Shown here: piece after piece, positions 7,401-15,400 of the stretch | Numbering within the stretch: the first letter of the stretch is position 1 | Layout: each line of letters starts with the position of its first letter | Origin: an uncultured virus (IMG/VR IMGVR_UViG_3300037400_001971) | Lineage: Duplodnaviria > Heunggongvirae > Uroviricota > Caudoviricetes | Virus record (IMG/VR): IMGVR_UViG_3300037400_001971 | Length of the DNA: 22,329 bases | Strand: one strand, 5' to 3' | The notes under the pieces: generated by a model | The model's database searches: none | What the model was told of the DNA's origin: nothing | Seen by the model: the letters and a program-made list of their open reading frames with translations, nothing else | Position numbers and translations under genes: made by a program

Positions 7401-10400
7401 TGCAATGAAGTGGTTTTGGAAACAATAGTGGAATTTCAGGCTATCGACCTTAAAATAAGTGCCGATATTGGCCCTACAATCGGCCACAATCGCTTCAACG
7501 AACTTCTGATTGGCAATATCAAGGGAAGCACGTTCCGATGCGCTCATAGCGTCCCAAGTGGCCATCAAAGCACCACCATACGGGTCGTTCGAATCACCGA
7601 CATAATTCCCTTCGGAATCAAGCAAGCCATAACGGATGTCTATCTGTCCGTATTGCGTACCGTTCCATAATCCAGCATCCACCCATTCCTCATCCACGAA
7701 ATCATAGCGTTTCAGCTTATAGTCGTGCGAATCGGTTCCACCGGCACTACGGCACCAGTATTTATTCTCGGTATGGGTAGCCTGAGAAGAGTTTCTGAAA
7801 TCGGCAAAGGAGCCTGAGTAATAGCGGATGCGCGGGGCATGGAGATAGAGGAAGTTCCAAGTCGCCTTAATCTTCGCTACGATGGCCGCAGTGGGGGTTT
7901 CATCATCATTCGTTTTACCGCCGTCGAAGTCAATACTGCCCTCATCGCCGGTGGCTGCATGATAAACCCAACCTTCACCATCGACATCGTATTCCACCTT
8001 CGGACGGATGGGGTCGCCATGCTCATCCACTCCGTGAGATTCATCATCCCAAGGCACGCGCATATCGGTGAGCGGCTTATCATTATCCGCGCCCTCAATC
8101 ATCGTGAAGAGGCCGTGAGCGGATTTGACATAACCCCACGTCGGCTTATCCATCTTACCAGGGCCGAAAGCGCAAGGGCCTCGGAATACCGGCTTGGCAT
8201 CGTTCTGGCCCTGAACAAAGAACACGAACGGCTCGGTATGCTTGGCCACCACGGCACCTGAAACGGCATTCTGAAGCGAGTTCTTACCCACGACGGAGGT
8301 ATGCAGCTTATTATAGAGCCAGTTCACACCGATAAGGTGAGACTGCATCGATGAAGCATAATTGATCTTGTTGACCATCTTCTGAGCGAGAGGAAGGCCA
8401 TCGGCCACCCTGTAACCCATGCCACGGTACTTGCCATTGCCATCAACCCAGCCGTCAGGAACGCGGACATATTGAACGCCTCCAGCCACTATCAGGCGGT
8501 AGGCCACTGCCGATTCAGTCGGGAGGGGGTAGTTCTTTCCGAGGTTACCGCCTTTGAGCATCACCGCGCCGGTGTGAACAACCTCGCCACCTTCCGTGAA
8601 CTCATAACTTGCGTCAACTGTGTAGGTGATGCTACTATGCAAGTTGGAAAGCGGCACATCGATGAATTGCGCCCAAACGGTGTTACCCTCATCATCCTTT
8701 CCTATCTTATCGACTTTCCACTGGATATTGCTATAATAGTAGGTATTGGCCGTCGTTCCTTGGCGTTTCTGCGGGATGCTGGCCGTCTGACGGCATATCG
8801 TTCCTGAGAGTTCAGGGAGATAGTTGCCGTTCTCATCGAAGCGGTATATCTCCAGCCATCCCGTTTCGTTCTTATGCACATTGTCGTGATAAGGCTCCGC
8901 ACCGTGATATATCAGCACATTCTTTCCGAGGGCGAGAATCTTTCGGTAATCGATTTGGTTGGTGGCTGGGTCGATAATATCATTCTCCTGCTTCACGCGA
9001 CGCTTCTCATCGCTATCAGGCAAAGTGGAAACGTAGTTCTGAACGACCTCTGCAGAGGTAATGACCTTATCCTGCCAACAGCGGATGCTATAGATATCAA
9101 TATCCGCACCATCCTGACCGATATAGATACCACCATTGCTCATGGAGCCGGTGCAGAACTCATCGAAGCTATCCGTTGAGAATTGCAGTTCACGGCAGAT
9201 AACGCCATTGATGAACACCCTCACAAGCGGCATGGAGCCATTGGGATTGCCTCTCGTGCCATTATGTAAGCCGTCATTATTCACGTTCGGAGTGACCGCG
9301 CTGACCACGTTAATACTGATATGGGTACGCTCATCTTCCTGCCAGCGGAAATCAGTCTCGGTGACGGCTTTCTTGCTCTCGGTGGTCATCGTTCCTGTCA
9401 TAGGAGCCATGCGAAGGCCGCGCACCAGTCCATCGACCAACTCGCAGATCTGAATGATAGCGTCATCCTCGTTGGTGACATTCCTCATGGCCACATCGAA
9501 ATCAAGGGTCATGCTCGAAGCGCGTGAAGTCCTGAACTGGGCGAAAGGATTATACTTGATATTGAGCAGACAACCGGCGGGGACGTGAAGCACCTTGTTT
9601 CCTTCATCATCCGTTATCCAGCCGTCGCTCGTTCCGAACTTGAAGCCAGTCCAAGTACTCTGCACCTCAGCATTTCCGTTGCGCGAGTTGAGGATTCTCT
9701 GAGGATTGGCCTCGCCATTGTTTCGTATCTTCGGATTGATAAGGAAGTTGGAGCCTGCCACCGGCTGGAAGCCTCCCGTATTATCCACCGACACATACAT
9801 GAAGCCGATGCCGGTACTTGCAGCCAGGAAGTCGCTCTCCACGCCGTCGAGCGTTCTCTTCACATGAAGGAAAGCATCGAGCGTGTCGGCGGCTGTCTCG
9901 CCCACATTCTGCTCAATCTCGACGGTCACGCCCAAATCATATTTCGTGCCTGGGGATGCCATCTGAGGCAGCGAGGCGTATTCTGATTGAGCCACCGTCA
10001 TAATATCCTGATTGCTGCCGGTAAGCAGGAAAGTGAGGTTGAGCGCAGGGCCATTGTTCACGATATTATTCTCATTATCGAGAGAGGGGCTATATACGGC
10101 ATATCCGCAAAGGGTTGACTGAACGAAATTCTGAACCGTCTCTGACAGTTCCTGAATGAGCAGTCGCGGAGCCATCACGTCGGCTCCCTGAGTGGAAGGA
10201 TTCACCACCATAAAGCGGTTGACCAGATAAGCGGTTCTCAGGGTGCCGCCCTGACCGTCATCTGCCGTCAGCCATGCCGTGACGGTATGGATGCCATGAG
10301 ATAGCAAGCCGTAGGTAGATTGCTCAGGGATGCGAATCTCGCGGCTACCCTGCTCGGATGCGCTCAGTTGAACGGTGTAATCTTCGAGGTCACGATTGGA

Positions 10401-11189
10401 GCCTGAGACGCTGATATGAAGCGTTTTTGCCACGGCTCCGATGATATTATAGGTTAAGGGGAAGTCGGTACGGCCTTGCGCCATGATTGGGCTTTCCCAT
10501 TGAGCGGTACATGCAAGGGAGAGGGTCACGCTCTGAATGGTGAGCGATATATTGCTACTGGCCCTGACACCGGCATTTCCTTGCTCATCGGTATAATCGA
10601 ACTGAGCGCGTAAGCGGATATAGTTCGTGGTACCCGCCAAAAGATATTCTCCGAGATTGACCGTCGAAGGGAAGTTGCTTGCCGAAGCATCCTGAGATTC
10701 CACGGTGGCCGTCCCTACGCGGGAATAGTTCTGTCCGTCGGTGCTTCGCTCGATAATGAGCGTTCCGTTACCTCCGACATTCTCTTGCTGGTTGAGGGCC
10801 GCAATGATATGAACGGCACAGAATCTTACACCGACCTCGAAATCCTCGCCATCCTTCACCGTATAGGTGGTTGAGGAACTTTTGTTGGTGTATAACCTTG
10901 CCACGTAGCTGTCGCTCTGCGTCGTGGAGATAGGCAGCATTTCCTCATAGAGCAGCAACGCCGCATGGGTCTCAGGGTCGCTGTCATAGGTACGGGCTGC
11001 ATCGCTGGAAGCGAAGCCCTGCAGGTAATAATAAGTCTCTTTCTGAACCCATCGGCTATAACCAGCCTTATTGCTCAGTTCCTGGAGTTTCCTTTGAAGG
11101 GAAACCTCAATGTCGTAGCCGTCGTAATCATCGAAGTTGCCGTTGATGATGTCGAACAAGACGGCTTGTGCTTTTGTTTTTCTCGCCAT
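4440..11189 (-). CDS. Giant DGR target protein (~2249 aa), probable virion adhesin/receptor-binding protein with LamG-like, CotH-kinase-like, LRR and C-terminal C-type-lectin-fold regions
   Basis: Long intact ORF with a likely ATG at 11189 (MARKTK) after an A-rich leader. The C-terminus WLLPTEGLL...YWSVTE...AWxVxF...VRPVAAF is typical of CLec-fold DGR targets. LRR-like LRRLSLKG...LTKLSLAQEIDLRQT...LTLENMPSLSTV at ~6050-6400. Located in the tail module. Confidence 0.88.
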   Translation of the reverse strand: MARKTKAQAVLFDIINGNFDDYDGYDIEVSLQRKLQELSNKAGYSRWVQKETYYYLQGFASSDAARTYDSDPETHAALLLYEEMLPISTTQSDSYVARLYTNKSSSTTYTVKDGEDFEVGVRFCAVHIIAALNQQENVGGNGTLIIERSTDGQNYSRVGTATVESQDASASNFPSTVNLGEYLLAGTTNYIRLRAQFDYTDEQGNAGVRASSNISLTIQSVTLSLACTAQWESPIMAQGRTDFPLTYNIIGAVAKTLHISVSGSNRDLEDYTVQLSASEQGSREIRIPEQSTYGLLSHGIHTVTAWLTADDGQGGTLRTAYLVNRFMVVNPSTQGADVMAPRLLIQELSETVQNFVQSTLCGYAVYSPSLDNENNIVNNGPALNLTFLLTGSNQDIMTVAQSEYASLPQMASPGTKYDLGVTVEIEQNVGETAADTLDAFLHVKRTLDGVESDFLAASTGIGFMYVSVDNTGGFQPVAGSNFLINPKIRNNGEANPQRILNSRNGNAEVQSTWTGFKFGTSDGWITDDEGNKVLHVPAGCLLNIKYNPFAQFRTSRASSMTLDFDVAMRNVTNEDDAIIQICELVDGLVRGLRMAPMTGTMTTESKKAVTETDFRWQEDERTHISINVVSAVTPNVNNDGLHNGTRGNPNGSMPLVRVFINGVICRELQFSTDSFDEFCTGSMSNGGIYIGQDGADIDIYSIRCWQDKVITSAEVVQNYVSTLPDSDEKRRVKQENDIIDPATNQIDYRKILALGKNVLIYHGAEPYHDNVHKNETGWLEIYRFDENGNYLPELSGTICRQTASIPQKRQGTTANTYYYSNIQWKVDKIGKDDEGNTVWAQFIDVPLSNLHSSITYTVDASYEFTEGGEVVHTGAVMLKGGNLGKNYPLPTESAVAYRLIVAGGVQYVRVPDGWVDGNGKYRGMGYRVADGLPLAQKMVNKINYASSMQSHLIGVNWLYNKLHTSVVGKNSLQNAVSGAVVAKHTEPFVFFVQGQNDAKPVFRGPCAFGPGKMDKPTWGYVKSAHGLFTMIEGADNDKPLTDMRVPWDDESHGVDEHGDPIRPKVEYDVDGEGWVYHAATGDEGSIDFDGGKTNDDETPTAAIVAKIKATWNFLYLHAPRIRYYSGSFADFRNSSQATHTENKYWCRSAGGTDSHDYKLKRYDFVDEEWVDAGLWNGTQYGQIDIRYGLLDSEGNYVGDSNDPYGGALMATWDAMSASERASLDIANQKFVEAIVADCRANIGTYFKVDSLKFHYCFQNHFIAGTDNCSKNTYYVLDPATGLFELHQDDVDTVLPTDNSGLQTKPYYIDRMHPYGGANASRVAMTSDVDNDNILYEGYYNVLFDLVELMWEDSKELQTMMRRILGAMASLNGSKVGTAASRNLSGVWGTLNKYIFDIQRYFPQMVFNEAARIRYEFPTLLGYKSDNREVVPITQSMGDQLQAELQFMKRRLVYMASYAAFGEFRNMSDRSTGLINAPDALDAFSMMHKALPGTSQPSVYRFNLVPHQWLYPVGGIDNDTRDPHVRVAPGETFELVISPSNASDNGVSIYGLNFYRSLGNVGDMVTNDASEFTLNGKRLTEFIAEPTQLYGPSQLPAFRVSGFAIGSATRLRRLSLKGAVLGGGTINLTKLSLAQEIDLRQTDISIPRLPQTSTLTTVKLPATITSLTLENMPSLSTVTMEGYSAIQELNIGENIPMNSGALVRSIFSSSTRVLQRLKARGIAWTNVAAAMVTWMMTLQSCDLTGSMALISTDDLPYNDVINLIDRYGNIQSQSNSLYVDYRKNTINSFTVKGVKYIKTAGAFNGWEISVLPTKGNNVAIRDGHEDITWTLSGNDVGEYLEVTNSYKGTILVKQVQVTEHPLRFTLNVNMKLTDGTTLSYTKTVGAANRIPRVGDFAYSDGTFDDEYDTSKKLVGAVVKRDVLTWYDAQETIPATCKCWVYAKENAVCRSTDGTLNTAGLPWGIYPDESQANGFPATFYNAVRDAASLSSAVDTPMTNITSSGLADPSNSNNKDYRYIRDTFLDANQDDGYAVLTGGCCNDFDIDNKNDIVIRHANAIILNYLAENYNFIDRLPVDMTELGDQMQALVAYMTAQGVSAPARYRQLFFPAIYASYLYEPAMEEDDVLDDQYKRGKWLLPTEGLLARIYNFFYNSCGRVTYDNGGRISVNYVNENPQSEALLPLFANLQKRISDVISTGNPFTMPSNSGYWSVTEYSSYIAWHVSFGSGYVYGHNKYGGHVVRPVAAFTFTL
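4455..4579 (-). repeat. DGR variable repeat (VR) at the 3' end of the target gene, including the 3' invariant IMH-like segment (4455-4480)
   Basis: Encodes SGYWSVTEYSSYIAWHVSFGSGYVYGHNKYGGHVVRPVAAF versus TR SNYWSVTENNSNNAWNVNFGSGNVNNNNKYNGNVVRPVAAF. The 3'-terminal 26 nt are identical in TR and VR. Confidence 0.97.
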
Positions 11190-11266
11190 AATAATTCTAT
11201 TTTTGTTTACTGTTATCTCGCGCCCTTCCAACGCTCATAGCCTACCCAAGGCTTATAGCCTATCCA

Positions 11267-11299
11267 GTGGCCGCTGCCGAAGCAGGAACGGACGGCCAC
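11267..11299 (-). other. Intergenic stem-loop with C(UUCG)G tetraloop upstream of the DGR target gene
   Basis: Minus strand GTGGCCG-tccgttc-CTGC-TTCG-GCAG-CGGCCAC: 7-bp plus 4-bp stem with a 7-nt bulge, capped by UUCG. No following U-tract. Confidence 0.5.
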
Positions 11300-11331
11300 C
11301 TGTGCCATCATTATGAATCTACGAAATGCGC

Positions 11332-11811
11332 TCATGCTCCTGGGGCCTCCCATCCCGCATATACCGCCAGCCCGTTAAGGATGCTGACCTGATAGGTATA
11401 TCCTGCTTGCCATTCAGGATCTTCCACCCATCTAACACCACTTGGTAGCGTCAGGGTAAAACTATCCGTCGAAGCCGTGAACTCCAGCATGTACTCGTTG
11501 GCCACACCTTGGGTACCTGCAGCGAACACTATTGTCAGTGCTGCGACACTTCCCCAGACATTCAGTTTGTTCGGGTGAATGGTAACGCTCGTTTCCGTCT
11601 GCTGAATGACAACAATCTTAGCCTCTTCTCGAAGGCCCGACACTGCGTTACCAAGTTGGGTCACCGCATTGTTGTTCTGTTGGACTTGATTAGAGAGCGA
11701 TGTCAGTTCGTCAGCATTGTTGTTGACGACATTCTTCACCTCATTGGCGTTGGACGTGGTGAAGAGGTCGCCCCTCACCTTGTTCGCATAGTCTATTTTC
11801 TGTACTGCCAT
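11332..11811 (-). CDS. Small tail-fibre-associated structural protein
   Basis: N-terminal KIDYANK...NANEVKNVVN, a short coiled coil, then a beta-rich C-terminal domain (ANEYMLEFTAS...LTLPSGVRW...YTYQVSILNGLAV) resembling Bacteroidota phage fibre domains. Confidence 0.65.
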   Translation of the reverse strand: MAVQKIDYANKVRGDLFTTSNANEVKNVVNNNADELTSLSNQVQQNNNAVTQLGNAVSGLREEAKIVVIQQTETSVTIHPNKLNVWGSVAALTIVFAAGTQGVANEYMLEFTASTDSFTLTLPSGVRWVEDPEWQAGYTYQVSILNGLAVYAGWEAPGA

Positions 11812-11823
11812 AATATCAAAGTT

Positions 11824-12153
11824 TTATTCTGTCATTACAAAGCCGAATACATCTGGGTCATCGGTAGGCACGTCGAAAACATAATGGAATCCGATTTCCT
11901 CGCCAAGCAGGAAGCCTCCAGCTTGTGAATCGCCGTCAACTGGCTTATTGAAAAGATAGTCGAATCCTATGCGCTCCCTTACGCTTTCACCGCCAATACT
12001 CAGGGCATGGGTGAGAAGCAAGGGAATGTTATGTATTCCCTTGCTATTGGCAATCTCCGGCACGTCGGTGTCGGCAATCTTGACGCGGACAATCTTTCTG
12101 CGTCCGCTGTCATCGCTTTCCTGCCGTGTTACGTGGAGCGTGATGTGCTTCAT
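11824..12153 (-). CDS. Hypothetical phage protein
   Basis: 109-aa ORF whose ATG overlaps the upstream TAA by 1 nt (TAATG). Co-oriented within the operon. Confidence 0.7.
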   Translation of the reverse strand: MKHITLHVTRQESDDSGRRKIVRVKIADTDVPEIANSKGIHNIPLLLTHALSIGGESVRERIGFDYLFNKPVDGDSQAGGFLLGEEIGFHYVFDVPTDDPDVFGFVMTE

Positions 12154-12413
12154 TACTTGATAGAGTCAAGGACGGGTAACAACTCGCGCTTCACGAAAGC
12201 CTTGAAGCCCTCATCAACGAAAAGCCTCACCTGCTGGGCCTGTTCCTTCGTAAGCTCAACCTCTTTCTTGTGGTAGATTTCATGTCCGAGGTCTGCCACT
12301 GCGATGTCCTGCGCATTGAGGTACATCATGTTTCCTAATTCCTTCGAGATGTCAACGGTAGTAACGTTCCCCTCGATGTCCTTCACTTCAACTTTTGAAA
12401 AATCAATCTTCAT
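12153..12413 (-). CDS. Conserved small phage protein following the tail spike (possible chaperone)
   Basis: 86 aa, MKIDFSKVEVKDIEG...DISKELGNMMY...HEIYHKKEVELT. AT-rich leader, directly after the 2501-aa tail gene. Confidence 0.7.
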   Translation of the reverse strand: MKIDFSKVEVKDIEGNVTTVDISKELGNMMYLNAQDIAVADLGHEIYHKKEVELTKEQAQQVRLFVDEGFKAFVKRELLPVLDSIK

Positions 12414-12446
12414 AATGCTTAAAATTTTGATGTAATTATGTATTCA

Positions 12447-15400
12447 TTAACTTACGTTTATCAGTATTCCTCCCTGGAATGTAAGTGTAGTGCCACCCAC
12501 GACAACAGCTCCTGTATGGCCATAGGTGTCAGTCACTCCGCCACCAGCATTATAATAGAATCCATTCTTCGAGGATATGCCGTAGCCTTTCAATATGGCA
12601 TTATTCCCGTCAACTTGGCTACATTGTACTACGGAAGCCATGTCGTGCGTTGGAGAATACGTCTCAATAATAATGGTTGTCGGTGTATTTGAATTGCCAG
12701 AATTATAGGTGGCGGTATCTTTCAGGCGAATCAGGCTGTTTACTGGTGAGAACACACCTCCAATAAAATTCCCATAGCTCTTCATCGCTATAAGACCACC
12801 TTCGGAAGAGAAGCTGCCTGTTATTTCGGCATTTGACAGTATTGCCGAACCGTCCTTCTTGACTCCGAACTTCGACCCGATTGTGAAACGCCATGTGGAG
12901 CTTTGCCCGGCTATCGTACCGCTCATGTCTTCCGTTGCGAGGAACATGCTCTCTTCACTCCCGAACGTACCGCTTGAAATACGCTTCGCTGCTATAGTCC
13001 AGCCTGAAGGGCCGCCGATCTTTCCTGAGTTTGCGGTAATATTTCCGTTAACGGTCACCTCTCCAGTGGAAGATATCTTGAAAGTGTCGGTCGTTCCGTT
13101 GTTGATGACAAAACTTCCCGTCTTGAAGTTTATCTGCTCGGCGTTCATGTTGATGGCGACGGCAGTAAAATCAATACGGCCCTTATTCTGTCCGCTTTGC
13201 ATGGTACCGCTTGCAAACGTCAGTGTCTGGTTTGCAGAGATCACGACCGTCTGGCCGTTGAAGTTCAATTGGCTTGCATTGATATTCAGCGAGTTGGCCA
13301 CCGTGAAGTCAAGGTTGGCACCTGTGAATACGGGAGTTTCGTACGTGAAATCTATGAAGCGGGCCCAAAGCGTCAGGTTTGTACTGTTGAGGTTGACCGT
13401 AGAAGATGACAGGTCGATGTTCTTTCCTGAGAAGTTAATCTGGTCGGCACCGATATTGACGGTTGCGGCAGACATATCCACCGTGGAGCCTGATGCAAAT
13501 GTAAGCTTACCTCCAGAAACGGTAAGGCCTTCCTGAGCCGTAAGGCTGATGGTCTTACCCTTGAAGTCGATGCAGGACGCGTCGATAACGACGTTATTTG
13601 CATTAAGGCTCAGCTTGCCCGTAAAGTCGTTCCCGTTCTTTTCAAGGAAGGCTGATATGCTGACAAGAGTGCTCCAGGTATTCGTGGCAGCATTGTATGT
13701 GCTGACAGATAGGTTGCCCGATGTCGGGTCAAGCTTCAAGAGGCTGCTCGTGCCGTTCTTTCTGTCAAGCACCTCTGCCTCGATGGAATCGCCAAGGTTC
13801 TCCAGTCTCGCGTTGGTACCGCTTGCGGCATCTTCCCAGTCGTTGATGCTTCTTGATGCGTTGGTCGTCCTCGCGGTCTTACAGATCAGCTGATCACCGT
13901 TCCAGGTGTATGTACGCTTTGTGTCACCGTCAACGACTGTTTCCGTGTACCAGATAACATTCATCCACAGGTCACCGATATCATAAGGTGCAGGAGGCAG
14001 CTCGTTGGCGTTTGTCTGGAAAACCCTCTTCTTCTGGTTTGCGGTCTGCTGCGCCGCCTCAGAGAGTGCCGTCAGAACCGCCGTACGTGCCGAATAGAAG
14101 TCAGACCATTTGGCTCTCCATGCGGTTCCCGTTATCGTCTGGGTATCATCCATGTTGGCATTTTGAATCCAAGAGGGAAGGTTGCCGTCGGTCGCCCTGT
14201 AGATATCATTCTGTACTGAACTGCCAGCCGTCCAGATTATGCCGTTATTGAGATATGTTCCAAGGGCTACGAAAGCATTGACGTACGGGGTAATGTACGC
14301 TGATGCGTTGATAATGGGATTATTGTTAGCGTCATAACACTTTGAGAGGATGCCGCCGCTTTTGTCCTTTTCATTCCATGCAGCGAGGAACTCCCTCTTG
14401 ACGGTTATCTTCTCCGACGGGTCAAGCTTGCCATCATCTGCGATGTCGTCGAGTCTGTTGTTTGCCGTGTCTGCTGTATTCTGCGCCTTGTCGGTCAAGG
14501 CGGTCAGTACGGCAGTCCGCTTGGCGTAGAAGTCTGCCCACAGACCGCGCCATGTACCGCCTGCTATTGTCTGCGTATTGCCCATGTTGTCATCCTGAAT
14601 CCAGGAGGGAAGCGCATTGTCTGAGAAAGATGACAAAGCAGGCTCTGTCCATGACGTGCCTCCATTGAGGTATGTTCCGATGGCACGGTATGCTGCTATA
14701 TACGGGGCGATCCATGTGGCGTAGGTGATAATCCAGTTATTCTGGCTGTCCTTGGCCATGTCGAGTATGCCGGAGGCTGATCCGCCAGTCCCGTCATCCA
14801 TCATTTCGTGATATGCGGCAATAAACTCCCTTTTCACGGTTATCTTCTCGGATGGGTCGAGCTTTCCGTCATTACCCATGTCGCCTATTTTGTCAAGGGC
14901 GTTCGTGGCATCTTCCTGAGCCGCATCTGCGAGATCCTTTGCCGCCTTCGTGATTAGCTTAAGCAATGCGGTGAGTGCCGTCATATAGGCATTCCATACG
15001 GCATGATAGTTGGCGGGTGTCTGCGTCGGTGTGTCGGCCAGTACCGTGTCAACGTTCATGTTCGCGGCAGTGAGCCATGATGGGCGGTCTGTGCCGTTCA
15101 GGATGTTCGCCGTCGGGTTTGTACCGTTGTTCAGCATCTTCGCAAGGTTCGTGTAGGCCGTGACAAGAGCATCATCCTGAGAATTGTTCGCACCGAAATA
15201 GTCCTCTGCCTGTTCAATGTATTTCTTGTATTCCGCAACAGCTTTCAGCCAATCCACATAAAGAAGCGATTTTTCGGAACCTGCACTGATGATGCCGTCT
15301 GAAACGATATCGTCTATCCTGTCGTTCGCTTCATCTGCAGTGCCTTTCGTCAACGTGGCCATAGCGTTGGCGAGTGCAACCTTTTTCCTCTCGCATTCAG

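Noticed and set aside
12447..12600. Possible second VR at the C-terminus of the 2501-aa tail protein or other ORFs
   Set aside because: No similarity to the TR was seen by eye in any other ORF end in this window. Remote targets outside the window cannot be excluded.
12859..13536. 225-aa plus-strand ORF (and similar ones such as 21256-21846 and 16431-16943)
   Set aside because: Antisense to long minus-strand structural genes. The composition mirrors the opposite-strand codons and no domain is recognisable.
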